The notes under the pieces were generated by a model that searched no databases, was not told the DNA's origin, and was given only the letters and a program-made list of their open reading frames with translations. A stretch of 64,000 bases of DNA from Opitutales bacterium (GTDB lineage: Bacteria > Verrucomicrobiota > Verrucomicrobiia > Opitutales > PNEW01), in assembly GCA_965197745.1 (NCBI GenBank), contig CBDANS010000006.1, positions 480,001 through 544,000 of the forward strand, given 5' to 3'. A program made the position numbers and the translations under genes. This document shows, in pieces, positions 50,908 through 60,615 of this stretch; positions within the stretch are counted from its first letter, which is position 1; each line of letters opens with the position of its first letter.

Positions 50908-50964
50908 GGGGTCAGGCTTCGCAACTCAACATTTTTATTTTTTGCTAAAATGCGTCCCCTGACC
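50908..50964. repeat. REPIN-like element A2
   Basis: ggggtcaggcttcgcaactcaacatttttatt...cctgacc. Confidence 0.78.
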
Positions 50965-50986
50965 GCTTAGATTATGACGGGTGAAC

Positions 50987-51910
50987 CTATCCAATGTTTT
51001 CATGTAAGAATTTTAGAACACGGTTCCAGGCATCAATACCAGCTTTAGATACATCCTTTGGGATACCTCCGAACTGGACTGACTCCTTACTAACAGGATG
51101 AATAACTTCCAGAACTGTTGTTGGAAAGAGTCCTACCGGAATGCTATGTCCAACGTTTTCGTAAGCTATATGTTTAAAGTAAAAAGGATGATCGTGTTCA
51201 TTTAACCGGAATATGGATACGTCTGAAAAAAACCTGGAAGACCAGATTCGGTCATCTTTCCCCGAGAAAAGTAGTATTGGTCCATTGATATTTTCCACGG
51301 GAATTATAGAAGCGCCCAAATCAGGATGTTCTTTCATAAAGGACGTATAGCCAGGCACACCACCGTCATTCCCGCTTATAACTAGTCCATCTTTGTATTT
51401 TTCTTGTAGTTCTTGTGAGTAATAAGGAATCGCTTCCCCTTTATATGTCCAAGCAGGTCTTACTTCTGGCGAGGATCCAAAGCCTCCAAATGTGATGCCA
51501 CTTGGAACATAACTAACAACTGCTTTAATGCTTGGATATCGGCTTCCCAGAATAAGCGCCAGTTCACCACCTCGGGATTTACCCACTACGCCGATTCTTT
51601 CACCATCAACAGGTTTCTGTTTTTTTAGCCAATCAATAGCATTTTCGAAATACTCCAAAGGAATATCATAGAGCTCATCTGGCAGGTTTTTTTCTTTAAA
51701 ATACGCTAGTGACAGAGCGGCAATTCCACGAGATGCTATGAGTTCAGATGGGAAATCATTATGCCCACCACCGGACCTTTCTAGAAATATTATAGCACCA
51801 AACGGGCCTTGCCCTTCAGGAATAAAGAGTGTCCCAACGAGACCGCTTTCTTTTACCGGTATTCTTGTAACTTCCGGACTTATTCTCAATCGTGAGATAG
51901 TTTTCGAAAT
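50987..51910 (-). pseudogene. Acyl-CoA thioesterase/BAAT-type hydrolase, 5'-truncated by IS3
   Basis: ALSLAYF, PLEYFENAI.WL, GKSRGGELAL, SGKDD.IW, GH; the ORF-track N-terminus is IS-derived. Confidence 0.82.
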
Positions 51911-53261
51911 TGGAGTGACCCCCAAAAATGGTATCATTAACAGAGAGAGGTTATCGGGATAAACAGATAACCTCAATGAAAAGAAAAAGATATACAACAG
52001 AACAGATCATAGCAATACTGCGGCAGCCCGATACGGGCAAAACCGTGCAGGAAGTCTGCCACGGCAACAACCTAAGTGAACAGACCTTCTATCGCTGGGG
52101 CAAAAAGTATGGCAACTTGGAGCTGGCTGATGCGAAGCGATTTAAAGAGCTGGAAAAGGAGAATACGGAGCTGAAGAAGATGCTCGCTGATCAAATGCTC
52201 AAGCTTCGGGTGTTGGAGGAAACGCTCTCAAAAAAATGGTGAGCCCAAAGCAGAAGAAGCGAGCAGTAAAAGATGCGGCTGAGAAGGGGCTGTGCTCGTT
52301 TTAGAGGGCTTGTGCTTATCTCAGCCTCAGTTGGTCAACGTACAGCTACCGACCCAAGCAGGCCAGTAAGAAGGCTCAGCAATTGGCCGAGCGGATTTTG
52401 ACCTTGTCCTGGGAACATCCCCGTTACGGTTACCGGCGCATTCGTGCCTTGCTGGTGAAAGAAGGTTGGGCGGCAAGCAGGAAATTTGTACAGGCAGTGC
52501 GACGTTCTTCGGGCTTACAGGTAAAGCCCCCGAAAAAGCGTAGACACCGTCAGGGGATCTCTACTGGGCTCCCTACTAAAGCAACCGGTCGCAATCACGT
52601 CTGGTCCTGGGACTTTGTCCATGATCGTACAGACAATGGCGGTATGCTAAAGATGATGACCTTGATCGATGTACCGAGGAGCTGAAAGCGACGACACTCA
52701 AGCGAAGCGAAGACATATACGCGTAAATGTTTACGCATCCGGGTAGCTCGACAGCTCACCTCAACCGATGTTCTCTCGGTACTCAGCGAAACCATCGATG
52801 AAGAGGGAGTTCCTAGCTATATCCGCAGTGACAACGGCAGTGTTCCGAGGAGCGAAGCGACGACATGCGAAGCCATTCATTGCTCATCAGGTGCAGCAGT
52901 GGTTGTCCGACAAAAAGATCAAGGCGATATATATCGATCCGGGCAGTCCCTGGCAAAACGGTTTCATCGAGTCGTTTCACAACCGCTTACGCGATGAGTG
53001 TTTGAACCGTGAAGTGTTGCTCAGCGTGGCTGAAGCACAAGTTGTAATAGAACAATGGCGTCAGACCTATAACAATGAACATCCCCACAGTCGATTAGGC
53101 TTTAAAAGCCCACAAGAGTTTGTCACATTCCTTTCCGCTCTTGGCCGCGTTCGGGCTACGCCCTCACTGCGCCAAGATCTCTCATATACATCAATCCTAA
53201 AACCATTAACACCCGGTAGTTCTCTCACTTAAAATTTGATACGAAATACGGGGTCCGATCA
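51911..53261 (+). mobile_element. IS3-family element copy 2 (both micro-insertions plus an early TAG in orfB)
   Basis: Same left end as copy 1; inserts at 52672-52714 and 52843-52874. Confidence 0.92.
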
Positions 53262-53348
53262 CTGGGTATTTCTCCGTTTAATGACTTATATCATTTTATA
53301 TTTATCAAGCAATATTCACGTAGCAAGTGAAAGCAGTTAGATCGAATT

Positions 53349-53768
53349 TTATAATACTTGGTCTTGTTTGTTAAAATCAAATGCCTTGATGATTCCAGGA
53401 TATAAATAATCCACAATATTCGGAAGATTTTCTCTTGAGAACCAGCAAGGGGTATGTTGTCCGAAATCATTATTTTCAGTTTTTAAAGTTCCAGACACTA
53501 TTCGGGCCAGATACATAAATGTTATACTGTGCCATGGTTCTTCGGGTCTAATGTTCTGGGCCACTTCAATTAATTTAAGCAATTCAATATCAAATCCAGT
53601 TTCTTCCCGAAATTCCCGGAAAGTTGCTTCTTCAATTGATTCCAGAAACTCTATTCCCCCACCGGGCAGATACCAATTAGTTAATTCCCCATTTTTATAA
53701 TGCGGAACTAACAATACCCTTTCATTTCGAAATACAACTGCACCTGTTCTCGTGTAAATTGTCTTCAC
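53349..53768 (-). CDS. NUDIX hydrolase
   Basis: PGGGIEFLESIEEATFREFREETG Nudix box. Confidence 0.92.
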   Translation of the reverse strand: MKTIYTRTGAVVFRNERVLLVPHYKNGELTNWYLPGGGIEFLESIEEATFREFREETGFDIELLKLIEVAQNIRPEEPWHSITFMYLARIVSGTLKTENNDFGQHTPCWFSRENLPNIVDYLYPGIIKAFDFNKQDQVL

Positions 53769-54190
53769 TGTTTATTTTCTGAAACGAACCATTCATAATT
53801 AGCAGTTGCTACTACAATTTTCTCTACATTCAATATTTCAATCTGAAATGCGATCAGTGCCCTCTTTTTCTTGAAATAGGTTTCATGAAACTTATCCCAA
53901 TCTTCTTTTTCGTAGACACCCTTTGCGTAGACTTGTCCCGTTGCTGGCTTCCGATACTTAATATCTGCCCGGCGTAGAATAGGTAATACCTTTTCTATAT
54001 CTACCTCCAGATTTCGAGAAAGGAATTCTCCACTGGAAGCTTCACCCAAACTATAAATGGCACTGGCATGGATTGTATCGACATGATTTAAATATTTTGG
54101 ATCTGCTGATAGCTGAAATATTCCATCAGTATTTTCTTCACACTTTTGTATTCCTATAATTCTGTTAAATGGCAATTGGGTGATGTCCAT
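53765..54190 (-). CDS. Hotdog-fold thioesterase-like protein
   Basis: NHVDTIHASAIYSLGEASSG, IKYRKPA. Confidence 0.8.
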   Translation of the reverse strand: MDITQLPFNRIIGIQKCEENTDGIFQLSADPKYLNHVDTIHASAIYSLGEASSGEFLSRNLEVDIEKVLPILRRADIKYRKPATGQVYAKGVYEKEDWDKFHETYFKKKRALIAFQIEILNVEKIVVATANYEWFVSENKQ

Positions 54191-54317
54191 TTTATTTCTC
54201 TATTATGGCTATCATTGAATCTCAGCAACTATTCTTGTATCTTTGATCTAAGCCTTACGAATGCCCATCGATTTAATATGCACTAAATTTTTATACCAGC
54301 AGTAAAGCTTCTCGAAA

Positions 54318-54998
54318 TTAAGAAAAGTATGCTGCCAATTCTCCTAAGTTGCCTACTTCCAGTGTTACTTTATCAGCATCTGTGCAGCTTATTACTCTAC
54401 CCTTTCGATTTATCCATATGCCGTCAATTCCGGCATTATAGGCGCCCAGTACGTCACTGGAAAAGGAATCTCCAATGTGTACTACCTCTTCTGCATCTAC
54501 GCCCATTAAGTCGAGCGCTTTTTCAAATATCTCTTTTCGCGGCTTGTAAGATCTGCAGTCTTCGCTCGTAACTACTGAATCGAAAGATAGACCCAGATTT
54601 CCCATCGCTGATAAAATGTCGTTTCGATCGATATTCGAAACGATGCATACAGGAATTGAAAGTGATTCCAGAAAATTCAACGTATCGCTAAATATTCTTG
54701 GATTTTCCCAGTAAGCGTACAATTCCGACGATAGCTGTTCAGCATCGAGGCTGACTTCGAACTTTTCCAGGAGATGCTCCAGGCTTTCACTCTCAAGCCT
54801 TCTTTGTGTTTTAAAGTTTTCGTTAGAAAATCGCTTACAAATTTCGGAAAAATTCCAATTTCTTCCTATTGCTTCCGTATCATTCGATAGGGGTGAAACG
54901 CTCGCAATACTTCGCACAATTCGATCGATGATCTCATCGTCCTCTTCCACAAGCGTTCCATAAAAATCCAGGAATATACATTGATAATTCTTAAGCAT
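54318..54998 (-). CDS. HAD-family hydrolase
   Basis: LDFYGTL, SN, YKP, IGDS..SDV.GA. Confidence 0.92.
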   Translation of the reverse strand: MLKNYQCIFLDFYGTLVEEDDEIIDRIVRSIASVSPLSNDTEAIGRNWNFSEICKRFSNENFKTQRRLESESLEHLLEKFEVSLDAEQLSSELYAYWENPRIFSDTLNFLESLSIPVCIVSNIDRNDILSAMGNLGLSFDSVVTSEDCRSYKPRKEIFEKALDLMGVDAEEVVHIGDSFSSDVLGAYNAGIDGIWINRKGRVISCTDADKVTLEVGNLGELAAYFS

Positions 54999-55734
54999 GC
55001 TCCCAAAGCCTTTTGTAGTGAATTGAACCTGCCCTTCTGTAATCCCTTATTAATTAACTCTATATACTAATATGTAGGCACTTATGAATCAATTTATCGC
55101 TTATGTCCAGAGAAACTAAATAGTAGTATATAGCGTGCAATAGCGAAAAGTGGGGAGCATTAGGGGAGCGGATGTCGCTCAATCTCAATATGTGTTATTA
55201 ACTGTAACAATCGGTAACTTCTGGATGTTAGTCCTAAATACAATGAAGATTCAATTTCAAGTTTAATTCACCGGTGCCCGAGCTCAAGAATTTGCATATA
55301 TAACTCTTAGTCTGAATTCTCAGTAGATAGCATTCTTATTTTATTTGTTTGTGACGGCTATCATCGCGGCCCGCTCTGTAATCTTATGGTGCGCATCACG
55401 TTTAGCACCGGCATTGTTCGCCTGCCTTGCGATCGGGGTAAAGCCCGTTTACCTGTACAACGAGTCTCGGCCGAACAGACTCCTAGACATGCTCTACTTA
55501 ATTCATCACATAAGACGAGGCAAATTAGTAAAACCCCAGCTTATCGGATCCCGTGTCCTGATTGGGCTAAAATCATCAAACCTCATCCAGAATATCTTCT
55601 CAAGTGACTCAGTTCCCGGGGTCACGACCAAACTAATAGCTAGCTGACACTTTATACTTCCCCAACGGATTATCTGTATGATCAAGTCGTAGTTATTACA
55701 TTTAAATTCTACGATTTACTTCTTCCTATAGTGG

Positions 55735-57432
55735 CTACTTCTTTTGATGCTTAGCCAGCCAGGTCTCAGCCCTGTGTTCCGCTTCAGTGATTTGCTCTTC
55801 AGTCATAGCTTTTTTGAGTATGTCTAAATGATTTTGGCTTGTGGGTTCACCTGCGATTGTGGCGAGGCTAATCCACGTATAAGCCCACACATAATCCTGC
55901 GATACCCCATCACCGTTAAAATACATCACACCAAGGTTCAACTGGGCAAGCGCATCTCCCTGCTCAGTTGCTTTGTGCGTCCACTCGAATGCCTTTGCGT
56001 AATCCTGCTCTACACTTTGGCTATAATACATTGCACCTAGATTGACTTGGGCGTGCGCGTGCCCCTGCTCAGCTGCTTTCTCATACCATTTTTGCGCCTT
56101 CTTTATATCCTGTTTGATCACTGAGCTCTGTTTATATACATGGCTTGAAGTATCTATATTACTCCGACTATATCCATAAAGATACCTGTATGGATCTCTG
56201 AAAGCCAACGAGTAGGGGGGATAGTTGTCATATCCCGTTAGCTTTCTTGGTCTCCCGGGAAAAGTTGATTGGTTATAAAGGTGATAAGATTTTATTTTTG
56301 CGCCTCTATCATATATCCTCCCAAGAGTATATTGGGCCTCAACGAATCCCTGTTCAGCTGCTTTTTTATACCAATGGAAAGCTTTCTTTACGTTTTGTCT
56401 GACTCCACGCCCATATTCTAACATCAATCCCAGCTGATATTGAGCATCAGCTAATCCTTGTTCGGCTTCCTTATGAATCCATTTTAATGCGCCCGTATGA
56501 CCCTGTTCGGCCGCTCTGGAATACCACTTTATTGCTCCGACACGATCCTTCATTACACCCTGTCCACGTTCATACATCCACCCAAGAGCAAATTGAGCTT
56601 CCAGGTAATCTAGCCCAGCAGCTTGGTTAATCCATTTGAATGCCACGGTGGAATCTTGCTCTACTCCTCGGCCCTCAGAGTATAATGCCCCAAGGTAGTA
56701 TTGAGCTCCTATGTGCCCCTGTTCAGCCGCCTTGCGATACCACTTTAATGCTTCAGAATTATTCTGTTTTACCCCCTCCCCCTTATTATACAGCATAGCA
56801 AGTCTGTATTGCGCTTTTGTGTGTTCTCGATCAGCAGCCTTACGAAACCAATCGAAAGCCTGTATAGTATCTTTTTCGGTTCCCTGCCCATTGTAATACA
56901 TCAACCCAAGATTGTATTGGGCACTGACCTCTCCTCTTCCAGCTGCTTTACGATATAAATTGAGCGTTTCGGTCTGTGCTTGTTCAGCTGCCTTGTTAAC
57001 AGACTTTAATACCCCGGTATCATGCTGCACCTCCTTTTCTCTATGATATATCGTCATACTAAGCTGGCGAAGGTGGATTCTTGCTTGGCGGTGACCTTTT
57101 GAAGCTGCCCTTTGATACCACTTGCGCGCCTCAGTCACATCCTGCTTAACCCCTCTACCTCTTTCATGCATGAAACCCATGTTGTATAGGGCTTGGGTAT
57201 GTCCCTGTTCGGCTGCTTTTTGATACCACTTGTGTGCCTTGGCATAGTCCCGCACTTGACCTCCCCTTTCATAAACCAGTCCTAGATCAAATTGCGCTTC
57301 AGCATCTCCATTTTCAGCCCGCGCTTTTAATTCTGATAGCTGGCCATCCTCTGTCCCCCATGCAAAGCTGACTAAGAATAAGAAAACGATCAACGATCCC
57401 CAAGACTTCATTCCAAAAATTAAATTAACCAT
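55735..57432 (-). CDS. Sel1-like repeat exported protein
   Basis: Repeated AQY.LG.MY..G.GV..D...A..WY.KAAEQG units; signal peptide. Confidence 0.93.
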   Translation of the reverse strand: MVNLIFGMKSWGSLIVFLFLVSFAWGTEDGQLSELKARAENGDAEAQFDLGLVYERGGQVRDYAKAHKWYQKAAEQGHTQALYNMGFMHERGRGVKQDVTEARKWYQRAASKGHRQARIHLRQLSMTIYHREKEVQHDTGVLKSVNKAAEQAQTETLNLYRKAAGRGEVSAQYNLGLMYYNGQGTEKDTIQAFDWFRKAADREHTKAQYRLAMLYNKGEGVKQNNSEALKWYRKAAEQGHIGAQYYLGALYSEGRGVEQDSTVAFKWINQAAGLDYLEAQFALGWMYERGQGVMKDRVGAIKWYSRAAEQGHTGALKWIHKEAEQGLADAQYQLGLMLEYGRGVRQNVKKAFHWYKKAAEQGFVEAQYTLGRIYDRGAKIKSYHLYNQSTFPGRPRKLTGYDNYPPYSLAFRDPYRYLYGYSRSNIDTSSHVYKQSSVIKQDIKKAQKWYEKAAEQGHAHAQVNLGAMYYSQSVEQDYAKAFEWTHKATEQGDALAQLNLGVMYFNGDGVSQDYVWAYTWISLATIAGEPTSQNHLDILKKAMTEEQITEAEHRAETWLAKHQKK

Positions 57433-57496
57433 CTAACTAAGGCAATCGCCAGGGGAGTAATTATTAAGAGAATTATATATAAAAGTAGTTATGGGT

Positions 57497-58055
57497 GTGC
57501 CCTGATCCCGTAAAACCGGGGTCAAAGATTCAGTCTGACAGGGGTGGGTAACCTAATAAAGAATAGTCGAAAGAAAACCCCATGAACAGCAAGACATAAC
57601 GGTATAAGAAAGAACCCATGATCTATGCTTTAAGGCCGGTTTAAAGCGGACGAAGGATTGCCGAAGCTTGCCGGGTAAAGGCGAGTCTCACTATCGGTGA
57701 TGCAGCACCCCTGAAGCGCTGGTCGACACCTCCATCGGTGGGAGCAAAGTTGCCACCGCACTTGGGGCCTCTGAAGGAATCGGTCTTGCCCAAAACATGA
57801 CCGTAGAAAATAGCTATATTGAGGGTTTCAATGGACGCTTATGTGATGAACTTTCTAACACCGAGATATTTTAACGCTGACTGAAGTGAAAGTAAACTTG
57901 AAGGTCTGGCGGCTTGATTATAATTCTCAAAGACCCCACATATCTCTGAGCTATCGGTCTGCAGCCGAATACGCCCAGAGAGCCGTTTCTAAGCAAATCA
58001 ACACTTACCACCCTGCGCCGGATCTAACACTGGCGTAATCGGTTACAGGGCACGT
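57497..58055 (+). mobile_element. Highly degenerate IS3-family remnant
   Basis: GTGCCCTG...CAGGGCAC ends; ENSYIEGFNGRLCDE and WRLDYNSQRPH.SL fragments with stops and frameshifts. Confidence 0.65.
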
Positions 58056-58238
58056 GTTATTTGGAAAGAGGAATGGGTATCTGATAATGCAATGTTGACT
58101 ATCATGCTTAATCAATTCTTACCTCGAGCTTCCACGAACTGACATTTTCAAAAGGGGTTTTGAAGGGGTGCTCTAAAGCGACAACCATGGGCTCGAATAT
58201 GGCGATGGTTGCCTCATCCGTTCATTCTTTAATTTATT

Positions 58239-58778
58239 TCATTTTATTTGTTCGAGGTCAGGCGAGATCAACCGCTTATTTTGCTTTATCCAATTGTGCA
58301 AAGTTGCTCTGGAGACACCTAAGTTTTTTGCCAGTTTGATGACAGGCAAACCGCGATTGAGTTCTTCTTTTATGTAAGCAACTTCTATATCCAGCTTGCT
58401 TCTACCGCGGGGTCTACCACGACGTTCTGGTTTGCCCTTATGGAATGCAGAAAATTTCTCGAACAGGTCACCAAGATACGGTGAGTCTACGTCCCGATTC
58501 AGCACGATTGAATCGTCTACAGATTGCAACGGAATCCTATTTTCCCAGAGCAGGTACAGCGTATTTGTGATTTCTGATAAGGTTTCACCCAACACTGTGA
58601 TACGTGAGACCACGATTCCCTCGATCATGTCTAGTTTAATCTTGCTCTTTAATTCGTGGACAGACATAAAAGAGTCTATATCAAAATCACTCTTGTTGAT
58701 TGTTCTTGCTTGGCTAGATTCCTGATCATTAGTGGTTTTTTGAATTAACCCGTAAATCTTTTTTCTTTGTCGTTCCAT
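58239..58778 (-). CDS. Degenerate serine-resolvase-like protein with C-terminal HTH
   Basis: IYGLIQKTTNDQ, IVVSRITVLG, GRPRG, LAKNLGVSRATLHNW. Confidence 0.65.
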   Translation of the reverse strand: MERQRKKIYGLIQKTTNDQESSQARTINKSDFDIDSFMSVHELKSKIKLDMIEGIVVSRITVLGETLSEITNTLYLLWENRIPLQSVDDSIVLNRDVDSPYLGDLFEKFSAFHKGKPERRGRPRGRSKLDIEVAYIKEELNRGLPVIKLAKNLGVSRATLHNWIKQNKRLISPDLEQIK

Positions 58779-59085
58779 TTTTAATTAGTCTTTAATGATT
58801 AAAATATAACAAAACTCTTTTAAAATAAACATAACTGTCAATTATAAAAAAATATATTAAAATAGACAACAGTCCCGCTACTAACCCTTACCTGTACACC
58901 CCATCAAGAGAGAGGGCGTATGCGCTTCTGCGCATTGCAACAGCAAGACGCTCGCAGGCGGCAACGAACATACAGGAGGGTCGAGGTTGCTTTATTCTGG
59001 GATTTACAACTTTCAGCTATTTCTTTGTAGATTACATCTGGTTTCCACGAAGTTTTGATTAGTGGAAATGCTGTGACCGTCAGTG

Positions 59086-60143
59086 CGGTTAAAGCGGATG
59101 CTGGCGGACAAGCTGCTGGGGATAGAGATTCTGCAGGAGACCCTCGAAAAAAAACGGTAAGCCCTGGGCACAAGCGGCAAGTGGCAGAGAGACTTGTGGC
59201 CCGGGGCCAGTGTTCGATGCGTGGAGCGTGCCGATACTTTCACCTGCACCGCTCCACCTATGCGTATCGGGCGAAGTATCCGGATGCCTGGCTAACGAAA
59301 CTGAAGGCGGCAGTAAGGCGGTTATCACGGCAATACGCGAGGTGGGGCTATCCGAAGATCACGAAGCTGTTGAAAGACGAAGGCTGGGAGGTGGGTAAAC
59401 GTCTCGTGCAACGTCTACGACGCGAACTGGCCCTGGCGATCCCCCCACGCAAGCCAAGACGTCGGCGCAGGGGTGTTTCCACCGGGCTGCCGACCAAGGC
59501 CGAACATCCCGACCCTGTTTGGACCTGGGATTTTATCCACGACAAAACGGTCCGCGGTGGCAGTTTAAAAATGTTGACCATGCTCGATGAGTACACCCGC
59601 GAGTATCGAGTGATCCATGTTGATCGCCATATCAATGCGGAAACGGTGCGCGGTATCATGCAAAAACTGCTCGACCCTCATGGGCCGCCACAATATATTC
59701 GCAGCGACAACGGTTCCGTTCCGAGGAGCGAAGCGACGACATGCAAAGCCATTCATTGAAAAGGAATTGAGAGCCTGGCTAACTGCGATGAAAATCAAAA
59801 CCCTCTATATCGAACCAGGAAGCCCTTGGCAGAACGGATACATCGAATCGTTGCATGCCCGTTTTCGCGAGGAGTGTTTAAACCGTGAACAGCTATGGAC
59901 TTTGACCGAAGCCCGCGTGGTGATCGAGGACTGGCGCTGGCTTTACAATAATGTCCGACCCCACCGCAGCCTCGGCAATATCACCCCACGGTGCTTCGCT
60001 GAAGACATTAATACCGAAGGCTTGGGCTCCATTCGGGCTACGCCCTCATTGCGCCCAAGCCTTGACTTCCTCTACCAACTTAACTTCAACATTAACCTCT
60101 CCAGACTAACTCTCTCGGTGGACCAGTTTACGTAACCCGATCA
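59086..60143 (+). mobile_element. Divergent IS3-family element, 5'-truncated, with the 32-bp micro-insertion at 59719-59750
   Basis: orfA tail RLKRMLADKLL...LEKKR, A-run slippery site, WTWDF, LDEYTRE, SDNG, PWQNGYIES; ends ...CCCGATCA. Confidence 0.88.
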
Positions 60144-60208
60144 GGTATAATCGTGTAATTTTATAATTAATACTTGCTAATTACTATATATGTGGTAAAT
60201 TCCACTAC

Positions 60209-60601
60209 ATGCGTGGTAAAAAGAAGGTAAAGTTGAGCCGTTTAGAATTGGAAGTAATGGAACCGCTATGGAAACTCAAAGAGGCTTCTATTAGACAGAT
60301 CCAGGAGAGCATACCCAAAGACAGGCGCCCAGAATACACGACTGCTCAGACAATTATTAATCGATTGGAAGCAAAGGGGGCGGTTGCTCGTATTAAAAAG
60401 ATAAGTAACGCCCATATCTATGGGCCACTTATCGATAAGAAATCTGCAATCGGGAATTTAGTTGAAGATTTCATCGATACCCTCGGGGGTTCAGTCCAAC
60501 CGATGATGTCTCATCTGGTCGAAACAAGGAAGATCTCATTGAAGGAGTTAAAGGGAATTGAGGCTCTTTTGAAAAGCACTTCAAGAAAAAGGGAAAAATA
60601 A
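60209..60601 (+). CDS. BlaI/MecI/CopY family repressor
   Basis: ELEVMEPLW, YTTAQTIINRLEAKG, GGS. Confidence 0.9.
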   Translation: MRGKKKVKLSRLELEVMEPLWKLKEASIRQIQESIPKDRRPEYTTAQTIINRLEAKGAVARIKKISNAHIYGPLIDKKSAIGNLVEDFIDTLGGSVQPMMSHLVETRKISLKELKGIEALLKSTSRKREK

Positions 60602-60615
60602 AAATCTCTACTTTC

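Noticed and set aside
55345..55647. 100-aa ORF between the HAD and Sel1 genes
   Set aside because: No recognisable motif or start context; may be a remnant or spurious.
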